Of a DNA stretch of 64,000 nucleotides, positions 16,746 to 27,839 are shown one piece after another (within the stretch, counting starts at the first letter, position 1; every line of letters starts with the position of its first letter). The stretch spans positions 1 to 64,000 of IMG/VR virus record IMGVR_UViG_3300006924_000007. The stretch is one strand, 5' to 3'. This stretch comes from a virus. Under the pieces are notes generated by a model. It searched no databases, was not told the origin of the DNA, and saw nothing but the letters and a program-made list of their open reading frames with translations. A program made the translations under genes and the position numbers.

Positions 16746-19700
16746 TTATTTATCTGATAATTTTTGCTCTAGAATTTCAACCTTAGATGATAGTTCCTTA
16801 ACTGCTTCAATAAGTAGTGCAGTGAGTTTGTCGTATTTGACTGCCATGTAACCAGTTTCTCTCATAACTGTGAGTCCAGGAAGTCCAAGAGCAGCAATTT
16901 CTTGTGCGATGACACCCGTATCTTCACCTTCATGAACACCACCTTCAATCCAGGTAAATGTATTACCACTAATTGAGAGCACCTTGGCAAGAGGTTGTTC
17001 AATTGGTGTGATGTTCTCCTTCAATCTTTCATCAGAAGAGAAGAATGCAGTAATATCATCGGTGACCTGAAGTTCTCCAGTAATTTTGACACCATCACTA
17101 ATAGTTTCAAGTTTCTTGGCATTATTGTGGTAAAGTTCTACTGCACCATTGCCAATAACTTTAATGCCGTCTTCACCGCCTTGAGGTTGAATGAATACAT
17201 CATCCGCACCTCTTAAGTAAAGATCATTATTGTTTTGAGAGTCAATGTATAAATCTCCAACACCATTCGCCTCGATTAACGAGTTAGTCCCATCATGATA
17301 AAGTTGCAAATCATGATTTGTTCCAAGTCTTAATCTATCATCATCAAGTAGATTTACATTGGCTCGGAATGTGGAAATACCGGTTACATTTAACTCACCA
17401 TCAACACTCAAATCAGCATTAACAGCAATCCTATTAGTGGCAGCATCAATTTTTAAATCGCCCGTGCTCGTATCAAGTGTATTATCATCGGTAATTGCAA
17501 TCTGAATATTGCCGAAAGTAGCACCTGCACCAGTGATATTATTATCAAAACTTGTATTGCCATCAACATTTAAGTCTCCGCCAACATTTAAGTTTTTACT
17601 AATACCAGCACCACCATCAACGATAAGTGCTCCGGTAGTTTTAGTTGTTGATTGTGTTGTGTTTGCAATCTTGACTGGACCTTTTGCCGTTAAATTATCT
17701 TTAAAGGTGACTTCTCCATTAAGAGTAACTGGACCATCAAATTGTGAAAGAATCTGTCCCGAATCTCCACCCTCAACTACAAGATTATTTTTGACGATAA
17801 CTTCATCAAAAACTACACTGAGACTAGATGGATCTTCACCAGTAACTGTTGAAACTGGGATGTCATAAGTTTTTTCTTCGCCTGTTGAAGATGATGTTCT
17901 TCTATTTCCAATGTAAAAATCACCCTTGTTATTCATACCCGTATAAACAACAATACCACCCCTTCTTTCCTGCGCCTGAGAGAGGAATTCTTCGGTCTCT
18001 GAGAGTGTTCTGTCCTGAACTTGTGGAAGACCCGTTGAGTAGTTGCCTGGACCATATCCAAGATATTCAAATGTATGACCGGATGCACGAATGATAGATG
18101 GTCTGCGGAATTCAACTGCAATTGGATCTACTTTATTCAGTAAAGAACCAGAATCATGAGTAGAGATTCCTGTGCCTAATGCTCCTCGTGCCACAGTTAT
18201 TTCATTGCTACTAGTACCAGTGATGGTGTCAGTTACAACTCTCATAATCTCTTCATCAACCTGAAGATATGAACCGAGAGGGAATCTCTTAGTGGTTGCA
18301 ATACCAGAATAAGGTGAAGATACTTGTAACTTAGTATCGCCATTGAATCCACCGAGTGTTAGAGACTCGGTGTCAAATAGAGAGACGCCACGAGCATCAA
18401 TGTTCTCTTCAGTCGGATCGGATATGCCATCATTTGATGACATGCCATGCTTGAGAACATACTGTGCCGATAGACTTGAATTGGTGGTGGCAGTAAATGT
18501 ATTGACACCAACTCTAGATTTAACCAGATAATCTCCAAGATTATTATTGCCACTATCAAGAACTCTGAACCTGCTTCCTGCAACTAATCCGTGAGGAGTG
18601 GAGCAGTTAAATTGTTGAACTCCTGTGGTAGAGTTATATGAATTGGATGAAACTTTTCCTGTTGGAGCAACAATATAAACATATTGCCCAGGAATACTTT
18701 CAGGGTCTCCTGCTGTTTTTGCAATAGAAACTTTATCTTTGGCTGGAATACCAGAAGTTCTATAAAGACCAAATGCAGTTGTTCCGATACCAGTAACCTG
18801 AACAACGGCACCATCAGTTGTAGAAAGACCACTAGCAGATAATCCTCTTTGAGCAACGGTGATTGTTGCATCAGCAGATCCACCAATTACTAAGGTGTCA
18901 AAGAATAATGTGGCACCAGATTGATAACCAGAACCGGGTGATTGAATATCCATGCTGACAACAGCACCACCAGATACACCGACGATGGCAGTGGCACCAT
19001 TCCAACTAGATAGTTCAACCTCATTAAAGAGTTTTACGTTATAGTGTGTTCCATTTGTATGACCAGAACCACCAGTAATCGCACCTTCATGAGTCACAAT
19101 TCCCGATAAACCATGATTTCTAGTGAATGTTAGTGTGGCAATACCTGCAACAACACTCAAATCTGATTCGGCAGATACTTCTAGATGCTTTCTGAACTTC
19201 TTATTGAACGAGTCAGTAGATTCTTTTGTGATACTTTTCTTGAGATCATTAGTTTGGACTTCTCCAAGTGGTTCTCTCAGTGCAAACGACTTAGCAGATT
19301 GTGGATTATCATTGACATTATCTCTATCTAACTGAGGGTAGAGGTCAACAACATTTTGATTATATTCATAATTTGTAAATTCTGTAGGAACACTAAGGTT
19401 TGCATTTAGTGCATACAGATGATAGATTCCATCCTGAACATCTTGAATATAGTCAGTAATGATTTCATTTCTATAAACGAAAAGTTTATTCTGTAAATCA
19501 TTTACCTCATATCTTGGTAGAGATGTTGTTCTATTGGTTAAATCATTCGTCAATGCAGGTCCAAGAGATGCACCTGTTTCATAGGTGAACTCCATATCAT
19601 TAGGAATTGATACGACGGTAAATGTTCCGTTGTATCCACTATTAGCAGTGCCAACAGTATTGGATGTATCTTGTATATTCTTGGTAATGATTACATCACC

Positions 19701-22301
19701 AACAGATACGTTATGTGGTAATTCAGATCTAACAGTTACTGTTCCGCCAGAGAATGTGCAACTACCAATGAATCTTGAATTTTTGTTGAAATCGTAATCA
19801 TCTATTGTAATGGACGAGAGAGATGCATCGGCATCAGTTCTTAATCCAGTTGTGCTAGATTCTTGAAGAATGAATCCACTTTCTGGATTCTTTCCATTAG
19901 AAACTTCTTTTGGAATTACAACTCTAAGTTTGTAAATCTTTTCATCAAGACTTCTAGTATCTGATGTTCTCTTTAAGAATGAAACTTCCGTTCTTGTATC
20001 TAAACCATTGTTAGTTTGAACACCAACTTGAGTCAGAGCATTGTAAATGTCACTGCCTGCATTGGTGTTAATATACCACTGCTTAACCCCTACGGTAGAG
20101 TCATACTGAACTGGATGACCAATATCTCCTGCATCTTTATCAGATACTCTACTCAAAATTACAAGGTTTGTTCCACCATAAACGGTAATTGGAGTTCCGT
20201 TAATAGATGCTGCAAATGAAGATGCAACCTTAATTTTATTATTATCTCCACTATCAATTACATAGTAAGTTCTTTCTGGAGTAAGGTTTTCTGGTAAGTC
20301 GGCATCATCACTCTTGATGATAATTTTCTCGCCAGTTGATAAATTATGAGCACCAATGGTAAACTCATTTGATGTTGGACCTGATACTACTCTATATTCT
20401 TTAACACTACTTGTTTCCTCATCACTCATCAAAATGTTTGCTTCACTTATACCATAACCTGTGACGGCACTGAAGTCTACACTTAATACATCTCCTACTT
20501 TTGCACCAACTCTAAAACCTTGAGTGAGAATTGATGGTTTGATGTCTGCTTCTGTGAAACCAAAGAGATATAGTCTTTTGTTATTTGCAACAGAAGTTGT
20601 GACACCAACGTCAATTGTTTGCCAGTCAATATTTTCTTCTAAACTCGTAATTGCTCTAGGAGCAATGATATTAGTGACGAATCCTTTATTGTCTTTTGCA
20701 AATGCATCTTTCTTAAATCCTGCGGATATAAGAGCTAGTTGTCCAAAGTTTGAGTTTGAGTTGGTAATAGATGCATCACCACCAGTATCGGCAAAGAAGT
20801 GCTGGTTAAATCCGATAGCAAAGACAGAAACAATCTGGAGGATTGCATCATTTACCATTGAAATATGTGCGGTCTCCCAGTCTTTTCTATAGACGGCACC
20901 TGAATCTAAATGATAAACAGTGCTGGCATTAGTGGATGATGATTGCGTAGATAATGCGGATCCAGTTACTTTACCAACACCAATACCTTCATATGTTCTA
21001 TTTGACTTGTTATACTTTACAAAGGCACGATCATCTTTTTGAAGACTGACTCCAGTGAATTGAGCCACAACCATTGAACGGAAACCGGATGCCTTAGAAC
21101 CATCGGCTTTCATTCCGTTCATGCCAAAAACAGAACGCAGAGAGATATTAAAGATGTATGGTGATGCACCAGTTACAGTATCAGTTTCAATCGTTACAGT
21201 GGCACTTGATGTATTACCAGGTGTCTCTAGATTCTTTCTAAAATCTGGAAGTAAATATGTGAATACTTTTGGATTATCTGTAGAAACACTCTGAACTTTC
21301 GTTGAAATATTATAATCGTCGGGAACAACTCCTTTAATTTTTATTGGAGTTCCTGCTTGCAATTCATGATCGGTTGCCGTGGTTACAGTAACTACACTCG
21401 TAGGAGTTCCACCCGAACCAGATACAATGGCACTAATCTCTAGTGGGTCAGATGCAAAAGCACCAACAATTTCCCATTCCGGTCTTTGCTTCTCAAATCC
21501 TTGTGGGTTGGCAGGATATTTTTGGTCAATAATTCTACCCGATGCCTGATTATATGCATTACCAAGTTTTGCATAATACATGTCAAGGTCAGTGAGATCA
21601 TAACCACTGACATTATTAACACCATCGGCATACTCAAAACAAGTAAGTTTGTGGTGTGAGAATGTTGGTTTAGACCTATTATCTACTGAGAAATCAACGG
21701 GGTCGGTATATACTACACCTGCATCATCTCCATCAAAGAAGGAGAACTGCCAAAAATAACATGTGCCAGTAATTCTAAAGATTGCCGAATCAGCAACTGC
21801 TAAATCTGTAGGATTGGGAACATATTTTGGACGAACTTTGGTCTTTCTTAAGTCAAGACCAACAACGGATGTTCCTCTGGGGATAATAATACCACCATTG
21901 ACACTATTGAACTTATAAAGAATATTATCTTCTTGGTTAATATCAAAATTAGAATCAAGTTGTAAATTTAAAGTATCCGATGCCGCAGTTTCTCCACCAC
22001 CAGGAGAAATTACTTTTGCAGTTCCGCCATCATTTTTTACTGCAAATCCAGGTCTATTATCAACTTCATGAATTCCGGGCATGAGAAGAATAGTGGTCTT
22101 CTCTACCAAATCATTACTATTTCCTTGCACATAAGAAAATCTTGCCGACTCTAAGAGTGCTCTCTGAAGAGTTTTGAATGGTTGAGCAAGGGAATTGCCC
22201 TGGTTATTAATACTATCAGTTGCATCCAAATCCGATGGACTTACATATAAGATTCGACCTTCAGTATTCTTGATAAAATTATCTAGTTTATTCAGAGGCA
22301 T
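16746..22301 (-). CDS. large virion structural/tail protein with C-terminal intramolecular chaperone (peptidase S74)
   Basis: 1851 aa; SDERLKENI...GVIAQE...YDKLTALLIEAVKEL. Confidence 0.85.
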   Translation of the reverse strand: MPLNKLDNFIKNTEGRILYVSPSDLDATDSINNQGNSLAQPFKTLQRALLESARFSYVQGNSNDLVEKTTILLMPGIHEVDNRPGFAVKNDGGTAKVISPGGGETAASDTLNLQLDSNFDINQEDNILYKFNSVNGGIIIPRGTSVVGLDLRKTKVRPKYVPNPTDLAVADSAIFRITGTCYFWQFSFFDGDDAGVVYTDPVDFSVDNRSKPTFSHHKLTCFEYADGVNNVSGYDLTDLDMYYAKLGNAYNQASGRIIDQKYPANPQGFEKQRPEWEIVGAFASDPLEISAIVSGSGGTPTSVVTVTTATDHELQAGTPIKIKGVVPDDYNISTKVQSVSTDNPKVFTYLLPDFRKNLETPGNTSSATVTIETDTVTGASPYIFNISLRSVFGMNGMKADGSKASGFRSMVVAQFTGVSLQKDDRAFVKYNKSNRTYEGIGVGKVTGSALSTQSSSTNASTVYHLDSGAVYRKDWETAHISMVNDAILQIVSVFAIGFNQHFFADTGGDASITNSNSNFGQLALISAGFKKDAFAKDNKGFVTNIIAPRAITSLEENIDWQTIDVGVTTSVANNKRLYLFGFTEADIKPSILTQGFRVGAKVGDVLSVDFSAVTGYGISEANILMSDEETSSVKEYRVVSGPTSNEFTIGAHNLSTGEKIIIKSDDADLPENLTPERTYYVIDSGDNNKIKVASSFAASINGTPITVYGGTNLVILSRVSDKDAGDIGHPVQYDSTVGVKQWYINTNAGSDIYNALTQVGVQTNNGLDTRTEVSFLKRTSDTRSLDEKIYKLRVVIPKEVSNGKNPESGFILQESSTTGLRTDADASLSSITIDDYDFNKNSRFIGSCTFSGGTVTVRSELPHNVSVGDVIITKNIQDTSNTVGTANSGYNGTFTVVSIPNDMEFTYETGASLGPALTNDLTNRTTSLPRYEVNDLQNKLFVYRNEIITDYIQDVQDGIYHLYALNANLSVPTEFTNYEYNQNVVDLYPQLDRDNVNDNPQSAKSFALREPLGEVQTNDLKKSITKESTDSFNKKFRKHLEVSAESDLSVVAGIATLTFTRNHGLSGIVTHEGAITGGSGHTNGTHYNVKLFNEVELSSWNGATAIVGVSGGAVVSMDIQSPGSGYQSGATLFFDTLVIGGSADATITVAQRGLSASGLSTTDGAVVQVTGIGTTAFGLYRTSGIPAKDKVSIAKTAGDPESIPGQYVYIVAPTGKVSSNSYNSTTGVQQFNCSTPHGLVAGSRFRVLDSGNNNLGDYLVKSRVGVNTFTATTNSSLSAQYVLKHGMSSNDGISDPTEENIDARGVSLFDTESLTLGGFNGDTKLQVSSPYSGIATTKRFPLGSYLQVDEEIMRVVTDTITGTSSNEITVARGALGTGISTHDSGSLLNKVDPIAVEFRRPSIIRASGHTFEYLGYGPGNYSTGLPQVQDRTLSETEEFLSQAQERRGGIVVYTGMNNKGDFYIGNRRTSSSTGEEKTYDIPVSTVTGEDPSSLSVVFDEVIVKNNLVVEGGDSGQILSQFDGPVTLNGEVTFKDNLTAKGPVKIANTTQSTTKTTGALIVDGGAGISKNLNVGGDLNVDGNTSFDNNITGAGATFGNIQIAITDDNTLDTSTGDLKIDAATNRIAVNADLSVDGELNVTGISTFRANVNLLDDDRLRLGTNHDLQLYHDGTNSLIEANGVGDLYIDSQNNNDLYLRGADDVFIQPQGGEDGIKVIGNGAVELYHNNAKKLETISDGVKITGELQVTDDITAFFSSDERLKENITPIEQPLAKVLSISGNTFTWIEGGVHEGEDTGVIAQEIAALGLPGLTVMRETGYMAVKYDKLTALLIEAVKELSSKVEILEQKLSDK

Positions 22302-22338
22302 GGGATTATTTTACTGCTGAAATATTTCTATATTCTAT

Positions 22339-22557
22339 TTAGTTACCTTTATTAATTGATTTTTTTCTTTTACGCACTAAAGGTTTAGCATACAACACCA
22401 TTTCTGAATCAATATGTTTTTCAATAATTTTTAGAACGTTCATAAACTCGTTTATGGTCTCGCATTCTACTAGTCTTGTGTCGCCTTCATTACCGAGCAC
22501 AATGACAGTTCTTTTGCAAACATCAATTAAAATGTTGCTAACATTTTCAGTTCCCAT
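22339..22557 (-). CDS. hypothetical protein
   Basis: 72-aa ORF in structural operon. Confidence 0.7.
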   Translation of the reverse strand: MGTENVSNILIDVCKRTVIVLGNEGDTRLVECETINEFMNVLKIIEKHIDSEMVLYAKPLVRKRKKSINKGN

Positions 22558-22579
22558 ATGAATACATCCATATCTGGCA

Positions 22580-23503
22580 TTATATAGCTGTTGATAGTCC
22601 AGTTATTGCAGCTATTGTATCTGATTCGGAAGTTGCTCTTGCTTCAACCTCAAGTTTAGTATTTTTACATCCCCAATTTTGTAGTTCTTTTTCAGATTTT
22701 TTATTCTTGACAGTATTAAGATCGTCTCTAAGTGCTCCTATTCCATTTCTAAGTACATTAATATCGGTATACAAGGAATCGATTTCAGTTTTTATTTGAG
22801 CACATGTTTTCGAACCACTAATGGGTATTCCGGTTCCAGATAAATCAAGTCTGCCACTTGTTGAAATAACTGGTCCACTTCCATCCGTTTTGAGTCCGGT
22901 CACAGATCCGGCACTATTTTTATAAATGAAAGGTTCTGCAACATTCTCGTATCCAAATCCTGCATATTGTGATGTTGATTCATTCAATGCTATTGTAGTG
23001 TCAGGTTCAAATGGATTTTGTGCTCCATAATCAACATCAGGACCTGCCATTTTGGTGTATATTTTGATAGTTTCTGTATCTTCATTTATTTCAAATAGTG
23101 TAAGACCAATACCTGCCGACGAATTGCAAAAATTGAGTGGACTATCTACTGTTCCGGTTGAAATTCCTGCTGTGAGTGATAGAGTAACTATTTCCCTTTT
23201 CTTAGCATCAATCTGAGTTAAAATACCAATAATTTTATTATCTACATCTGCACAAAATTCTTGCAATACTTTTGCTTCCTCTTCAATTTCTGCCTCTCTT
23301 ACACCAATCACTCCACCATCTTTTAATCCACTATCAACAATTTCTTTATTTTGACTCCAAGTTCCATCAGAGTTTTCTGTGACAGTTATTTTTTCTATTT
23401 TCTCGGGAGCAGTATATTCTGATTGATTTTCATATACACCTTTTAATTGATCCTGGTCCCTGTTTACGACTTCAAGAGCCCTGTTTGTTAAATTTTCATT
23501 CAT
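22580..23503 (-). CDS. hypothetical structural protein with coiled coils
   Basis: coupled ORF in baseplate cluster. Confidence 0.65.
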   Translation of the reverse strand: MNENLTNRALEVVNRDQDQLKGVYENQSEYTAPEKIEKITVTENSDGTWSQNKEIVDSGLKDGGVIGVREAEIEEEAKVLQEFCADVDNKIIGILTQIDAKKREIVTLSLTAGISTGTVDSPLNFCNSSAGIGLTLFEINEDTETIKIYTKMAGPDVDYGAQNPFEPDTTIALNESTSQYAGFGYENVAEPFIYKNSAGSVTGLKTDGSGPVISTSGRLDLSGTGIPISGSKTCAQIKTEIDSLYTDINVLRNGIGALRDDLNTVKNKKSEKELQNWGCKNTKLEVEARATSESDTIAAITGLSTAI

Positions 23504-24300
23504 GATTCTAATTCAGTAATTCTAGTTTTCAATTCTTCAATTTGTTCTTGTTGCTCTTTGACTGCTCCAATTAATACGGCAGTAAGTTTCTCGTAGTTGA
23601 CACTTTTCCATTTTTCGTCATAAATTTTTTCTTCTCTTACAACTTCAGGAATGATGTCTTCAATCTCTTGTGCTATTAATCCAATCTGTCTTCCCTCTTT
23701 ATGATTTTTGACAAATGACGAGGGAAGAATATCCTTTCTCCATTCATAATATACTGGGTTTAATTGTAGCACCTTTGTCAAGGATGTAGAATTGGGAATG
23801 GATTCAATTTTCTTTTTTAATCTTGAATCGGAGTGAGTATGGAGTGTATTAAGAGTGAGTCCATTATATGCCCAGTGTCCTAATAAATCTCCTGCCAGAG
23901 CTATATGTGTTTCTTTCGGTGCCACAGAAGTATCTGCCGGAGCTACAGTTACTTCTTTTCCGGTTACTTTATTAAAGAATGCACTATATCTTGCCGCGAT
24001 TGCACCTAGTGATATATCAGAACCAACCTTTACATCTACACCGAGTATATTTCTCACCCCTACTTCAGCACCAAGACCCAAAAAGTTCCATGATAATGGA
24101 GTGGGAATAGGACCAACAGAAGGTGCAGTAACTAATGATGCACTATAAGGAATTGCACTAGATCCCTGTCCAAAGTGTCCCTTATATGCCGATAGAACAC
24201 CTCCACCGGGTTCGGTAAGCATTTTTGGAAACGCAAGACCACCACCGGTAAACGAATTAAAAACATCTATATGGTTTGCTTCCAAATAATCAAATGCCAT
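23500..24300 (-). CDS. protein with peptidase S74 chaperone domain (spike/fibre)
   Basis: HSDSRLKK...GLIAQE...YEKLTAVLIGAVKE; HxH just before cleavage motif. Confidence 0.8.
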   Translation of the reverse strand: MAFDYLEANHIDVFNSFTGGGLAFPKMLTEPGGGVLSAYKGHFGQGSSAIPYSASLVTAPSVGPIPTPLSWNFLGLGAEVGVRNILGVDVKVGSDISLGAIAARYSAFFNKVTGKEVTVAPADTSVAPKETHIALAGDLLGHWAYNGLTLNTLHTHSDSRLKKKIESIPNSTSLTKVLQLNPVYYEWRKDILPSSFVKNHKEGRQIGLIAQEIEDIIPEVVREEKIYDEKWKSVNYEKLTAVLIGAVKEQQEQIEELKTRITELES

Positions 24301-24309
24301 TTCTACTCC

Positions 24310-24900
24310 TTATCCACAAGTTTTTCTAACAGTATCTATAAAACCACCAATAATATCTCCAGTTAATAATTTTGCAACTACATTAAGAGGAGATGACTTT
24401 ACCACATCAGCACAGAATAAATTTAAAAAACCCTGAGCATTCAAAGTAATGGAATCAGATGACAACATGCATATTTTAGAACCACTTATGGTTATTTGCT
24501 CTCCGGCAGTCATTGTTATGTGATCATTTGCCTTTAATAAAAATGACCCATCATTACCATCACCTATACATTCTGCGTATATGTTTTTTGCCTTAAATTT
24601 TATATTTCCATTTTCGGCAATGATACAGATGTCACCATTTTTCGCAGTAATAATTTTTGCAATTGCTTCTTTTGATGCCTCTTGTTGGTCACCCTGAACT
24701 AGATTAGTCCCGCAAACTTCTTCAGATTTTCCTGGATTAATCTCTGCTTTATTTCCATTTTTGTTGCATAAAATAGTATGCCCTCCATCTAAGGACAGAA
24801 GCATTGCAGTATTATCATCCTTCTCCTTTGGTGCTATGGGACCGAAGGATAATATTCCATGAGGATTATCTGTAACTATAGTTTCTGGGATAAATGTCAT
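24310..24900 (-). CDS. gp5 C-terminal beta-helix/spike-like protein
   Basis: repeated I.I.A.NG.I.. beta-strands; synteny. Confidence 0.55.
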   Translation of the reverse strand: MTFIPETIVTDNPHGILSFGPIAPKEKDDNTAMLLSLDGGHTILCNKNGNKAEINPGKSEEVCGTNLVQGDQQEASKEAIAKIITAKNGDICIIAENGNIKFKAKNIYAECIGDGNDGSFLLKANDHITMTAGEQITISGSKICMLSSDSITLNAQGFLNLFCADVVKSSPLNVVAKLLTGDIIGGFIDTVRKTCG

Positions 24901-24912
24901 AATGTTTTATAT

Positions 24913-27789
24913 TTAATATCCACCACCACCATATCCACCTCCTCCGGAGGGTGGTGGTGAAGGTGAAGGACTTGGAGTAGGTGAAGGACTTGGAGTAGGT
25001 GTGGGAGTAGATCTTGGTGCTGGTGTGGGTCTTGGTCTCGGTGTCGATGCAGGAGTTTGAGAAGTTGCTGGTGTAGGAGTTGAAGGTTGAGTAGATCTCC
25101 TTCTTTTATTTAAACTTTCTTCAGCAGTATCATAAATTGTTTCATGATATCCTGAAATGTGGAAGGCACCAACCATTTTTACACCTTTAGATGGGTGAAC
25201 ATGGAATGGTCCAGAGTATGGTTGACCATTAACATATCCAATGACGGGAGGTGTATTACCAACACAATCAATTACACGAACAACATTTCTTTGGGCAAGA
25301 ACGGCAATACTTTCATCGCTGGCAATTGTTCTATCAATAGGAATAATTGTTTGTGGTGGCAGTTCTTCTTCAGTATCGTCAGTAATTTTGATGAAGGAGA
25401 ATTTTGGTTTAATTTTAGCACCTTCTCCTGTTGGACTATCTATTGTAATAGTTGGAATATCGGTGAGACCACAAACTTTTCCTATCATGGTTATACTTAT
25501 AATTTGACCTGCCTCTGTCATTCTCACAGATGCCTCTAAATTGGGAAGATCTGGTGTGATTATAATTTCATCTAATTGAGAATATCCAAGTCCTGTTGAA
25601 ATAATATCAAATCCTTCTAAGCAAACAATATAATCATTAACTCCTCTATTCGGATCTATAATCACGCCTCCACCACCGGGATCACCAGGAGTTCCATCAC
25701 CACCATCACCACCGGGAGTGTCACCACCACCACCAGGAGTTCCGCCACCACCAGGTGCTGTTGGATCTATCAGATTACCAAATTCATCACGACCAGTTGG
25801 TCTATTTGGATATCCATTTCCATGATTGACCATTATAATGTCAGTAATCTGACCGTATGTGGATGATTGAGAATTATAATCAATCTCTGCATATCCGGAA
25901 GCATAATTACCATTATCACACGGATCAATAATACTTACAAATGGAGGTCTTGTGTATCCAGAACCTCCATTTTCTATGTTGACACCATAAATTTGTCCAA
26001 GATCATTAATAACTGCCTTTCCAACGGCACCAATACCACCGCCACCAAAAATTTCAACACTAGGAGGACCACATTTAAATGGATTTGTATCACATGGGAA
26101 TGGTGCATTAGGTGCATCTGCCAAATCTCCTAATGTACCACCAAAAATTGATAATCCATTAACAGAATCTTCCAATCCTCCCTCTAAAATTGCACTTTCT
26201 GCATTATCTAAGAAATTATCAAACTCATTTCCAAAAGGTTTTGATGGAGCATTTGCCCATGGTCCTAATGGTGTTGCCTTAATTTCTGGACAATTTGGTT
26301 TTTGGCAAAGATATGCTTCAAATCCGAGAATGAAATCAATTGCTTCAAATATTGATCCTGCAATTTTGCCAATACCACCTAAAAGGTCATTGATACTGTC
26401 TAGAACTGGTCCCAATGCTTCATCTACCATTGCAACAACGTTGTTAATTAATCCATTTGTAAATTGTTGCACTGCACAGAGGGGAACATTTACAATTTTA
26501 CCAACAAGTTCAAATAAGAAGTCGGCAACAAGTTGTCCAAGATTATCAACTATATCTTTAAACTTACATAAAATATTATCAATGATTTGTCCGATTATCG
26601 TATTCTTAAATTGTTTGGCAAGAGTCGGAAATAGATTATCAATCAGTAATTGAATTCCTTTTCTGATTTTGTCTAACAACCAATTACGAAGATTCTGCAT
26701 CAAACCTTTCATGATGCTACCAATTACAGATGCAGTATTTCTGATTAAATTGGTAATTCTATATACGGAATTGAAGGCACTATTGATATATGTGTCTCCA
26801 AATTTTCTAATTTGTTTTAATGTATTGAAAAATTTTAATAATGTGGTATTGATTTTAGCTAGATCACTTGTTCCGCATGGATCTGGTAATGAAACTTCCT
26901 CTCTCAATAATGCAACTGCATCTCCGTATGCCTTTGTCTTTCTGAATGTTGTGCAGTCAGGAGCTCCTGGAAGACTCCATGATTTGCCTATAGTTTCTCT
27001 TGCCAAACAATTAGCAGCATCATTATCGGATGCAAGTTCTTTTAAGTTTTCATCTAATTCTGCTAATTTATTAAGTTCATTATTATATTCTGCTTTTAGT
27101 TCATCACTCCACTGATCATAAGCAGTTCCTTCATTATCTTTTATTAATTTATTGACAACATCTACTTGATCATTAATTGCATTTGCACTCCTAAGTGCTT
27201 CTTGACTCAACTCTTTGGGATTGGATACTTTTACTTTTTCTTTTGGTATAACTGCCTGTTGATCTGCTGTTGGTGATGATGATGTTGGTGATGATGATGA
27301 TGTTGAAGGAACTGATCCAGCATAAATGCTGTCTCCCGTAACTCCAAAATTGTTTATATTATCAGTGAATGTATGTCCTCTATATGTAATCGCATCAGGT
27401 CTACCTTGACCACCTAAAGAATCAAATCCGTTGGATAATACTAAACCTCTTGCGTTTGTTGCACTAACACCATCTGATTGAACACTCCTCTGAAGTTCTG
27501 CCGGATTTTTTGCAAGTTGAAATGCTTTTTCTGCGTTACTTAATTGTGTTGTACTAAAACTTTGATCAATAGAATTTCTGCTGTCTCCTACTGGTTGATA
27601 TTGATTTGGTGCGTATATAATATCCCTAATATTAGTGCTTCTAGTATTAAAATTAGCACCTGCTCTTATTGCCTCTCTTCTGTTTAAGACACTTCTAATG
27701 ACGAGTGCCATTCCCACAACACCCTCACTTCTTGCTTCTGCAAGAGCAAGTCTTTTTAAAAGTTCCTTATCCTGCGCGGAAATTGACAT
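24913..27789 (-). CDS. baseplate hub-associated protein with N-terminal cell-wall hydrolase (SleB/Hydrolase_2-like) domain
   Basis: LALAEARSEG..GM..V..SVLNR...IIYAPNQY; Pro/Thr tail ending GGGGYGGGGY. Confidence 0.75.
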   Translation of the reverse strand: MSISAQDKELLKRLALAEARSEGVVGMALVIRSVLNRREAIRAGANFNTRSTNIRDIIYAPNQYQPVGDSRNSIDQSFSTTQLSNAEKAFQLAKNPAELQRSVQSDGVSATNARGLVLSNGFDSLGGQGRPDAITYRGHTFTDNINNFGVTGDSIYAGSVPSTSSSSPTSSSPTADQQAVIPKEKVKVSNPKELSQEALRSANAINDQVDVVNKLIKDNEGTAYDQWSDELKAEYNNELNKLAELDENLKELASDNDAANCLARETIGKSWSLPGAPDCTTFRKTKAYGDAVALLREEVSLPDPCGTSDLAKINTTLLKFFNTLKQIRKFGDTYINSAFNSVYRITNLIRNTASVIGSIMKGLMQNLRNWLLDKIRKGIQLLIDNLFPTLAKQFKNTIIGQIIDNILCKFKDIVDNLGQLVADFLFELVGKIVNVPLCAVQQFTNGLINNVVAMVDEALGPVLDSINDLLGGIGKIAGSIFEAIDFILGFEAYLCQKPNCPEIKATPLGPWANAPSKPFGNEFDNFLDNAESAILEGGLEDSVNGLSIFGGTLGDLADAPNAPFPCDTNPFKCGPPSVEIFGGGGIGAVGKAVINDLGQIYGVNIENGGSGYTRPPFVSIIDPCDNGNYASGYAEIDYNSQSSTYGQITDIIMVNHGNGYPNRPTGRDEFGNLIDPTAPGGGGTPGGGGDTPGGDGGDGTPGDPGGGGVIIDPNRGVNDYIVCLEGFDIISTGLGYSQLDEIIITPDLPNLEASVRMTEAGQIISITMIGKVCGLTDIPTITIDSPTGEGAKIKPKFSFIKITDDTEEELPPQTIIPIDRTIASDESIAVLAQRNVVRVIDCVGNTPPVIGYVNGQPYSGPFHVHPSKGVKMVGAFHISGYHETIYDTAEESLNKRRRSTQPSTPTPATSQTPASTPRPRPTPAPRSTPTPTPSPSPTPSPSPSPPPSGGGGYGGGGY

Positions 27790-27839
27790 CTATAATTTTA
27801 CCTCCTTATGCTCGTATTTATCATCTTTAATAGTAATGT